Part shown: positions 56,692 through 64,000 of the stretch, piece after piece
How positions within the stretch are numbered: position 1 is the stretch's first letter
Layout of the letters: each line of letters begins with the position of its first letter
IMG/VR virus record: IMGVR_UViG_2811995239_000002
Location: 25,265 to 89,264 of that record
Strand: one strand, 5' to 3'
DNA length: 64,000 bases
DNA from: a virus
Taxonomy: Duplodnaviria; Caudoviricetes
Made by a program: the position numbers and the translations under genes
Notes under the pieces: model-generated
What the model was told of the DNA's origin: nothing
Databases searched by the model: none
What the model saw: only the letters and a program-made list of their open reading frames with translations

Positions 56692-57286
56692 CGGCAGGAT
56701 GGCGAAGAAATTTGGCAAACGGCATCAGTATCACGTCGCTGATATTCGCGAAATGCTGAGGGCGATGTGTTCACAGGTGCCGGGTTTTAAAAAGTACATG
56801 TCAGAAGCGCATATGAAGGGGATTCGCTTCGCCTTTTTCAACGGGAAAAGCAATATCGGGCTTGAAGAGTTCGATATGACGCGGGGCGGCGATACCTACC
56901 GCATCATGCCCATCATTGAGGGGGCAAAAAATGCCGGGGTGCTTCAGATAGTCATCGGCGCCGTAGCGCTGGTCGCTGCCTTTTTCACTGCTGGCGGCAG
57001 TCTTGCTTTGTGGGGGGCGGCAATGAGTGCCAGCGCAATAACCGCCACAACGGTACTGACCGGCATTGGCGTTTCAATGATGCTGGGTGGAGTGGTTCAG
57101 TTACTCACCCCGCAGCCATCGTTTAATACTGGTGCTTCTTCCAGTACGGATAATAAACCCAACTATGCGTTTGGAGCGCCGGTCAATACGGTGGCTATGG
57201 GTTATCCCGTTCCTGTTCTCTACGGGGAGCGCGAAATTGGCGGGGCCATTATCAGCGCCGGCATGTACTCGAGTGACCAGCAATAA
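56669..57286 (+). CDS. Tail assembly protein I
   Basis: GGVVQLL.PQ, NT...G.PVPVLYG. Confidence 0.92.
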   Translation: MLKTLILDGRMAKKFGKRHQYHVADIREMLRAMCSQVPGFKKYMSEAHMKGIRFAFFNGKSNIGLEEFDMTRGGDTYRIMPIIEGAKNAGVLQIVIGAVALVAAFFTAGGSLALWGAAMSASAITATTVLTGIGVSMMLGGVVQLLTPQPSFNTGASSSTDNKPNYAFGAPVNTVAMGYPVPVLYGEREIGGAIISAGMYSSDQQ

Positions 57287-57370
57287 ATCATAAAATTTAA
57301 CCGAAACAAGATGATCGTTACATTTCTATCATCCCTAGCTATCATGTGTAAAGCAATGCTAATCAAGGGG

Positions 57371-57853
57371 ATGATAGTGAAAAAATACGGTTTGGTCTTA
57401 TTGGGTGCGCTGCTTGTTTCAGGGTGCGCCATCCAAAATCAGAATGGCAATTTACAGAAGCAATATGCTGACTTAGCAAAATGTGAAGATAATATTACTA
57501 TGCCACAACAAATGCCGCATAGTAAAAAGGAGTTTGCGGAGTTTTTATCCAGGGCGGCGCTTAGTGCCTCTGCAGATCAGTTTGTTATCCAGAGGCGGAT
57601 AGAGATCTTGCAATTGGTTGGATGGGATAATTCAGTAGCTGATGCAATAACGACATGTGGTGCCACTAGAAAGAGCAAGCTGAAAGAAATTGGATCTAAT
57701 GTGTTTGAAGCAATGAAAGCCAGCACCAAGGATACAGGAGAGCGTCGCGCTCTTGTTGAAGCTTACAGTTCGTGGGAGGCTTATGTAACAAGCCAAACAC
57801 CGCTCGCAAAACAGGACTTCGACTCTAAAGTTAGCTATTACAAAAACATGTAA
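57371..57853 (+). CDS. Lipoprotein moron
   Basis: Lipobox LVSGC; lower GC; own terminator; start at 57371 or 57377. Confidence 0.75.
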   Translation: MIVKKYGLVLLGALLVSGCAIQNQNGNLQKQYADLAKCEDNITMPQQMPHSKKEFAEFLSRAALSASADQFVIQRRIEILQLVGWDNSVADAITTCGATRKSKLKEIGSNVFEAMKASTKDTGERRALVEAYSSWEAYVTSQTPLAKQDFDSKVSYYKNM

Positions 57854-57881
57854 CAAAACGGCACCATTAATACCGACAATC

Positions 57882-57905
57882 AACCCAGCTCAGGCTGGGT
57901 TTTTT
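57882..57905 (+). terminator. Moron terminator
   Basis: AACCCAGC-TCAG-GCTGGGTT hairpin followed by a T run. Confidence 0.8.
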
Positions 57906-57917
57906 AATGGAGTAAAT

Positions 57918-60900
57918 ATGCAACTTCTTCATGGTGAAACCATTATTCACGGTGCCAAAGGTGGCGGCGGTAAAGCGCATACGCCAGTAGAGCAACCTGA
58001 CGATCTGCTATCGGTGGCAAAACTGAAAATGCTGGTGGCACTGTCAGAAGGTGAAATTCAGGGTGACCTGACTGCCCAGCAGATTTTCCTCAATGACACA
58101 CCGCTGGCAAATGACAGCGGTGAATACAATTTCAAAGGTGTGAAATGGGAGTACCGTAAAGGCACTCAGGATCAGACCTACATCGCCGGCATGCCGGAAG
58201 TGGATAACGAGCTTGCCGTGGGCGTAACGGTCACCACCACTGCACCGTGGACGAGGCAATTTACTAATCTGTCCCTTGATGCGATCCGCATAAAGCTGAG
58301 TCTCCCCGTTCAGTATCTGTATAAAGATAATGGCGATATGGTAGGAACAGTCACGGAATACGCTATCGACTTATCAACGGACGGCGCGGCCTGGCAGACG
58401 GTCGTGAACGGCAAATTCGATGGTAAAACCACAACAGAATACCAGCGTGATCACCGCATAGACTTACCGGGCGCTGTAACCGGCTGGTCTGTTCGGGTAA
58501 GACGTATCACGGCAGATGCCAGCGGCTCTAACTCAAAACTGGTTAATGCCTTTAAAGTCTTTTCTTTTGCAGAGGTGATAGACAGTAAACTTCGCTATCC
58601 CAATACAGCGCTGTTATATGTTGAAGTGGACAGCAGCCAGTTTAACGGCAGCGCGCCGAAAGTCACCTGCAGGCCAAAGGGTAAGCTGATTAAGGTCCCC
58701 GATAATTATGATCCGGTAACGCGCACGTATTCAGGATCATGGTCTGGTGGCTTCAAAATGACCTACTCGAACAATCCGGCATGGGTTTTCTATGATCTGG
58801 TGCTGGATGAAATCTATGGTATGGGTACGCGCGTTGACGCATCCATGGTGGATAAGTGGGAACTGTATTCTATTGCTCAGTATTGCGATGAAAAAGTTTC
58901 AGACGGAGCAGGGGGAACAGAGCCACGGTTTACCTGTAACGTGTTCATCCAGAACCAGCAGGATGCTTATCAGGTCCTGCGCGATCTGGCCGCTGTGTTT
59001 CGCGGGATCACCTTCTGGGGTAATGAAAAAGTTTACGTTCAGGCTGATGTCCCGCAAACCGATGTTGACTGGGTTTATAACGCCTCCAATGTCATTGATG
59101 GCCTGTTCACTTATGCTGGTGGGTCTTATAAGAACCGCTACAGCTCCTGCCTTGTTTCCTGGTCCGATCCGCAGAATCACTACAGCGATACTGTAGAAGG
59201 TGTCTACGATTCAGAGCTTGTTGAGCGGTATGATGTGCGGCAGACAACGCTGACCGCAATTGGCTGCACTTCACAGAGCGAAGCACACCGGCGCGGGCGC
59301 TGGGTTCTGCTTTCAAACGCGAAGGATGGCACGGTGTCGTTTGGCGTAGGACTCGACGGGTACATTCCGTTGCCTGCGGAAATCATTGGTGTGGCTGACC
59401 CGTTCCGCGCCGGTAAGCAAAATGGTGGTCGCATCAGTGCGGTGAATGATCGCCAGGTAACACTTGATCGCGCAATTGACTATGCAGTAAACGATCGGCT
59501 GGTTGTTAACCTGCCAGACGGTAAAGCACAGACCCGGACAATCAGTGCCGTGAGCGCGGATAAAAAGACAGTAACAGTTGCCACTGCATTCAGCCAGCCG
59601 CCTGCTGCTGGTGCTGTCTGGGCAATTGACAGCGATAACCTGGCTATCCAGTATTTTCGGGTCACATCGATCGCAGCCAATGACGACAGCAACGGTGGTT
59701 TCACCATCACTGCCGTACAGCACGACCCCAATAAATACCGTTACATTGACGATGGTGTGCGCATTGAATCGCCGCCGGTTACGGTCACCCCGATTAATGT
59801 ACTGGAAGCCCCGAAAAATATCGTGATTACCGAGAGTGATCATGTGTCTCAGGGGCTGTCTGTTGCAAGCCTGGATGTCTCATGGGGCAAAGTGGATGGC
59901 GCCATTCGATACATGGCGCAGTGGCGTAAGGATAATGGTGACTGGATTAATGTTCCGGTCACCAGCGCACAGGGATTCTCCGTTCAGGGAATTTATACGG
60001 GCAGTTATGATGTGCGTGTGCGGGCGCTGAATGCGCAGGAAACGTCCTCTCCATGGGGTTATGCTGATACAACATACCTTTCCGGTAAAGCCGGTAAGCC
60101 AGGAACACCGACTAACCTGATTGCATCCGATGATGTTGTCTGGAACATCGATCTGACCTGGGCTTTCCCGGACGGCTCCGGGGATACGGCGTACACCGAG
60201 CTTCAGCGCTCAACGACCGACGACCACGCCAATCCAGAACTGCTCACGCTGGTTCCTTATCCCGCTGCGCGCTATCAGCATGGGCCAATGCCTGCCGGGG
60301 TGCGCCAGTGGTATCGTGCGCGTCTTGTCGATCGCATCGGTAACACTGGTGACTGGACGGAATGGGTCATGGGGACATCCTCCATTGATGTCAGCGACAT
60401 AGCCAATGACATTCTTGAGGACATGAAGGAATCTGACACGTTCAAAGACCTGATCGAGAGTGCCGTGGACAGCAATGAAAAAATTGCTGGCATGGCTGAT
60501 GACATTCAACAGCAGGCCGATGAACTGGAGCGGCAGGCGATGGAGATTCAGGAGAATGCCGACGGGCTGGCGCAGGCTGCGGTGAAAATCGATGAGATGT
60601 CGGTATCTATGGACGGTATTACCGGCGGCGTCAAAAACTCATCCATCGCCGTTATACAGAACAGCATTGCACAGGTAACAAGCAGACGTTCACAGACAGT
60701 GACGAATGCCGGTAACAGCGCCAGCATTGATCGTGTGGATACGACAATTGCCGACGCCAGCCAGGCCGTTGCCCGCGCTTTGACGACGCTGGATTCATCT
60801 GCCGGGGGTAACGTATCCAATGTGACAGATCTGGCCGAAACGCTGGCGGATTTTTCGCAGGCGTCAGCAACGAAGATCAACTCCCTGACTGTGACAGTTA

Positions 60901-61415
60901 ACGGGCAGACTGCGGCAATTAACCAGACCGCTCAGGCGGTAGCTGATGTAAATGGCAATCTTAGTGCGATGTATAACATTAAAGTTGCTGTTGATTCCAA
61001 TGGCCGCCAGTACGCAGCGGGAATGGGGATCGGGGTTGAAAACACGCCTTCCGGCATGCAGTCACAGGTACTATTCCTTGCAGATCGGTTTGCTGTAATG
61101 ACTCAGGCGGGAGGAACGGTATCGCTACCTTTCGTTATTCAGAATGGGCAGGCATTTTTCAATGATGCCTTTTTCCGTAATGCAAGTATTGAGTTCGGCA
61201 AAATCACTGACTCATTGCAGTCATCAAATTTCCTTGCCGGGGTTCGTGGATGGAGTTTACCTAAAAATGCCAGCCCGGAATTCCACGGGAAACTGTATGC
61301 AGACAGCGGGAATTTTGCATTTAACGGCGTAAATAACAAAGTTGTTCTCGATGGAAAAGGAGTCACTGTCAATTTATCTGGTGGCGGAAAGGTTGTTGTC
61401 GGAGAGTGGAGTTAA
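57918..61415 (+). CDS. Central tail fibre / host specificity protein J
   Basis: SEGEI.G, YPNTAL, NNPAW, EPRFTCN, FN3 repeats, DUF1983-like region. Confidence 0.95.
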   Translation: MQLLHGETIIHGAKGGGGKAHTPVEQPDDLLSVAKLKMLVALSEGEIQGDLTAQQIFLNDTPLANDSGEYNFKGVKWEYRKGTQDQTYIAGMPEVDNELAVGVTVTTTAPWTRQFTNLSLDAIRIKLSLPVQYLYKDNGDMVGTVTEYAIDLSTDGAAWQTVVNGKFDGKTTTEYQRDHRIDLPGAVTGWSVRVRRITADASGSNSKLVNAFKVFSFAEVIDSKLRYPNTALLYVEVDSSQFNGSAPKVTCRPKGKLIKVPDNYDPVTRTYSGSWSGGFKMTYSNNPAWVFYDLVLDEIYGMGTRVDASMVDKWELYSIAQYCDEKVSDGAGGTEPRFTCNVFIQNQQDAYQVLRDLAAVFRGITFWGNEKVYVQADVPQTDVDWVYNASNVIDGLFTYAGGSYKNRYSSCLVSWSDPQNHYSDTVEGVYDSELVERYDVRQTTLTAIGCTSQSEAHRRGRWVLLSNAKDGTVSFGVGLDGYIPLPAEIIGVADPFRAGKQNGGRISAVNDRQVTLDRAIDYAVNDRLVVNLPDGKAQTRTISAVSADKKTVTVATAFSQPPAAGAVWAIDSDNLAIQYFRVTSIAANDDSNGGFTITAVQHDPNKYRYIDDGVRIESPPVTVTPINVLEAPKNIVITESDHVSQGLSVASLDVSWGKVDGAIRYMAQWRKDNGDWINVPVTSAQGFSVQGIYTGSYDVRVRALNAQETSSPWGYADTTYLSGKAGKPGTPTNLIASDDVVWNIDLTWAFPDGSGDTAYTELQRSTTDDHANPELLTLVPYPAARYQHGPMPAGVRQWYRARLVDRIGNTGDWTEWVMGTSSIDVSDIANDILEDMKESDTFKDLIESAVDSNEKIAGMADDIQQQADELERQAMEIQENADGLAQAAVKIDEMSVSMDGITGGVKNSSIAVIQNSIAQVTSRRSQTVTNAGNSASIDRVDTTIADASQAVARALTTLDSSAGGNVSNVTDLAETLADFSQASATKINSLTVTVNGQTAAINQTAQAVADVNGNLSAMYNIKVAVDSNGRQYAAGMGIGVENTPSGMQSQVLFLADRFAVMTQAGGTVSLPFVIQNGQAFFNDAFFRNASIEFGKITDSLQSSNFLAGVRGWSLPKNASPEFHGKLYADSGNFAFNGVNNKVVLDGKGVTVNLSGGGKVVVGEWS

Positions 61416-61417
61416 AA

Positions 61418-62371
61418 ATGCCGGAAGGTATTCTGATTGATTATAATGATGGTCGTCCCGTCATGGAAATAACTGCGGGGCTTCGCGCCCCCAGTTTTTG
61501 CACTTCGTTTTCAGGCGAGTCGCCGCAAACGTCGCAAACAAATCAATATTATGAAGTTAACACACCGTTGATACCTGATTCTCAGGTCATCGTGGTGCCA
61601 ACAAATCCGATTTATATTTATGACTTTGCATATTACGCCATTGCAACGATGGGGAGTGTTACAAGAAATGGAAATTCAGGTATCAGGATCTCTATAGAGG
61701 TAATTAATGATAGCTGGATGATCCCAAACTGGTCTGGTTACGTTATGGAAATATTGCCAGCACAGACATATAAAGAGGGGCTGTTTGTATCAAGCTCGAC
61801 TGATTTTACTGCTATATCAAATAGCTCAAAATTAATGACATGTGCATATACAGGGCGCATTACAGTAAATGGCAGCGCACCTCTTCCGGTCAGCGGCATT
61901 CCTTTTGGGAAATGGGATAACCCGAATGTGTCGGTGGGGTTTGATGGCACCAACATCATTGTCCGCGACATTTCCTACACCGGGCGGGACGACGTTGCCG
62001 GAACGGCGACGATTGATCTGGTGATATTCAATCAGACAGCACCGGTTGGCGGCGATGGTATCACCATGACCAACGCTGCGGGTCAGGTGACGTTCTCCAC
62101 TCTGAAACGGCCTTTTGTATACGACCGGCAAATCCAGATCACCGACGCCTTCCAGAATATTGGCGGCGGGTACTGCCAGATAGTTTATACCGGGGCTCAG
62201 GTTCGGATGAATGGTGGTTACGCAAACCTCAGAACCAAAGGGGTGGTTATGTCAAGCGGCAGCGTCAGGTCTGCGTACAACAGAGTCGTGGGAAATTACA
62301 ACACCAGCCTGAACATGACAAAGAACAGAAACATCACCATGCCGATTCTTATTCTCCCGAGCATGTACTGA
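61418..62371 (+). CDS. Tail tip accessory protein (DUF6453-like)
   Basis: MPEGILIDYNDGRP start; follows J. Confidence 0.65.
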   Translation: MPEGILIDYNDGRPVMEITAGLRAPSFCTSFSGESPQTSQTNQYYEVNTPLIPDSQVIVVPTNPIYIYDFAYYAIATMGSVTRNGNSGIRISIEVINDSWMIPNWSGYVMEILPAQTYKEGLFVSSSTDFTAISNSSKLMTCAYTGRITVNGSAPLPVSGIPFGKWDNPNVSVGFDGTNIIVRDISYTGRDDVAGTATIDLVIFNQTAPVGGDGITMTNAAGQVTFSTLKRPFVYDRQIQITDAFQNIGGGYCQIVYTGAQVRMNGGYANLRTKGVVMSSGSVRSAYNRVVGNYNTSLNMTKNRNITMPILILPSMY

Positions 62372-62471
62372 CCCTGCAAAAAGCATAGTTAAAACCGATA
62401 TCAGAACATTTCATCAATGAGCGTCCAACATGACGCTTTTAGTTTTCTGTCGCCTGAATTCAGGAGCTACC

Positions 62472-63632
62472 ATGATTTATAACACCGGCACAATCGCCAT
62501 TAACGGAAATGCCGCCATCGGCACAGGCACGAACTGGACCGCGCCAGCCAGCCAGATTCGCGTGGGTCAGACTATCATTGTGCTGTCTAACCCTGTCCAG
62601 ATGTTCCAGATTACGACAATCAATAGCGCCACTTCCCTGACGGTTACGCCAGCTGCGTCACCGGCACTCAGTGGGCAGAAATACGGTATTCTGGTATCAG
62701 ACAATCTGTCTGTTGACGGGCTGGCGCAGAGTATTTCCCAACTGATTAACGAATATGATGAGAATATCAGCGCATGGGAGACTTTTGCTTTAACGAGCGC
62801 TAACCAGACGATCAATGTCACCATAAACGGCACACCAGTTTCTATTCCTGCCCTGGGTAAACTTGTACAGAAAGGGGTAAACGGTGCAGTACCCATTAAC
62901 CAGGGGGGCACTGGTTCAACTTCTGCATCCGGCGCTCGCACCAGTCTGGGGCTTGGTGACGTTGCAGTCATGAACTACGACACTCATGTCAGAGGTGGGA
63001 TTGCCAATAAATCATTAGAAAACGAAGGGGACTTTAATTCTGCGCCACAGGGTTGGTCTCGGTTTACGTCGCCAAATGGCGCCCCGGCTTCTTCCCCGGA
63101 AGGAACAACTTGGGGAAACCTTTTCACAATCTGCTCTAACGGGTTACAGGCGGGTAATGCAAGTACATCTTTTGGTGGTTGGTACTGGAAACAACTGTAT
63201 TACAGCAACAACAATGTAATATTTCATCGCACTAAAGTGAGCGAGAGCTCATGGAGTATTTGGTATCAGTTAACCCAGTCATCAGTTTCCGATGAGGCTT
63301 TAAAAAACAAAGGAGAAACGCTCGACCCGGAAGAAGCGCTCAGTAATGTGAATGCTATGGATTTCCTGCATTTCACTTATAAATTTGACGAGAAAAACAC
63401 ACCACGCAGAGGTGTCATCTCTCAGCAAATCATGGGGATTGATCCGCAATATGTTAAGAAAGTCGGGGAGTATTACCATCTTGACGAGACACCAATGCTT
63501 CTTGACGGGCTGGCAGCAATAAAAGCATTGCGGAAGCGGGACGAAGATAACAAGTTACGCATTCAGGAGCTTGAAAGCGGTATTGAAGAATTAAAGAGAG
63601 TTGTCCGTGAGCTTGCAGATAGTGCTTCTTAA
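62472..63632 (+). CDS. Side tail fibre with C-terminal S74-type intramolecular chaperone
   Basis: MIYNTGTI N-terminus, GGTG...AR..LGLG, SD..LK, RRGVI.QQ...IDP.YV, terminal coiled coil. Confidence 0.85.
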   Translation: MIYNTGTIAINGNAAIGTGTNWTAPASQIRVGQTIIVLSNPVQMFQITTINSATSLTVTPAASPALSGQKYGILVSDNLSVDGLAQSISQLINEYDENISAWETFALTSANQTINVTINGTPVSIPALGKLVQKGVNGAVPINQGGTGSTSASGARTSLGLGDVAVMNYDTHVRGGIANKSLENEGDFNSAPQGWSRFTSPNGAPASSPEGTTWGNLFTICSNGLQAGNASTSFGGWYWKQLYYSNNNVIFHRTKVSESSWSIWYQLTQSSVSDEALKNKGETLDPEEALSNVNAMDFLHFTYKFDEKNTPRRGVISQQIMGIDPQYVKKVGEYYHLDETPMLLDGLAAIKALRKRDEDNKLRIQELESGIEELKRVVRELADSAS

Positions 63633-63634
63633 GC

Positions 63635-63731
63635 ACTGTGATTTAAGTTGCCGCACCAGAGCGTATGCAAGACCCGGGTGCGGCTGGCTGGCGATCGTTC
63701 GATAGTGCGAATATAGAATGGTTGCCAGCCG
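63635..63731 (+). repeat. Conserved two-hairpin element, copy 2 (candidate ncRNA)
   Basis: Direct repeat of 20041-20137. Confidence 0.85.
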
Positions 63732-63751
63732 ATGGCGAGTCTACATGCTGA

Positions 63752-64000
63752 TTACCGAACAAACCAGTCGTCCGCATTCTCCCAGGCATCCTGCAAAGTT
63801 TCCTGTACAAATACTTTTGCATCGTCTTTGTCAGCGACCCGGAAAACAGACAGGCCGTCGTTGCTTGCCGATTTAACGATGACCTCTACCTCGTCATAAC
63901 GTTTACTGACCCGCCGCGTCATTTCCTGTTTTAATGCCTCTACTGACCCTTTGGGCATTTTGCCTATTTTTTCTTTCGCAATGCTGATTTCGATACGCAT
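63752..64000 (-). CDS. dinI: DinI/MsgA family protein
   Basis: [30 protein letters not shown]. Confidence 0.88.
   Translation of the reverse strand: MRIEISIAKEKIGKMPKGSVEALKQEMTRRVSKRYDEVEVIVKSASNDGLSVFRVADKDDAKVFVQETLQDAWENADDWFVR

Larger units (their letters stand above)
21590..64000. mobile_element. Prophage B, lambdoid cos phage, integrated at the 5' side of argW; extends past the window end
   Basis: int-xis-early left-cI/cro-replication-Q-lysis-cos-head-tail-dinI order; left boundary approximate. Confidence 0.93.

Noticed and set aside
62472-64000. Tail fibre diversification by DGR or invertase
   Set aside because: No reverse transcriptase, template/variable repeat pair, invertase or inverted crossover sites in the window

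Overview
The window is almost entirely two enterobacterial siphovirus-type prophages sitting back-to-back on one tRNA-Arg(CCT) gene (argW-type, 21534-21608, minus strand), each with its own tyrosine integrase next to the tRNA. Prophage A (1 to ~21550, left end outside the window) shows the end of TerL, a DUF1073-type portal/head module, a long-tail module, an SGNH-esterase tailspike, an AT-rich acyltransferase moron and an IntS-like integrase. This matches the tailspike / O-acetylase / int / argW order of Sf6 and CUS-3. Prophage B (~21590 to beyond 64000) is a near-complete lambdoid cos phage: int/xis, accessory early-left genes, cI/cro with clear operators, a helicase-primase replicon, NinG, an MT-A70 methylase, Q, lysis genes, cos, a lambda-like head and tail, a tail fibre and dinI. 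No N gene is recognisable; an HK022 putL-like antiterminator RNA follows pL instead. The most unusual signals are: (i) a two-gene cassette between lysis and cos, behind a structured leader, whose products carry short copies of the phage's own gpJ and tape-measure motifs (candidate tail-assembly decoy or inhibitor system); (ii) a ~97-nt two-hairpin element with compensatory changes shared by both prophages; (iii) a D-armless tRNA-like element in the early-left operon; (iv) a complete -1 frameshift signal that would add a CxxC-CxxC tail to an Eaa-like protein; (v) a GU-rich sRNA candidate complementary to the holin leader. Family assignments come from motif recognition and synteny only; no database searches were run.
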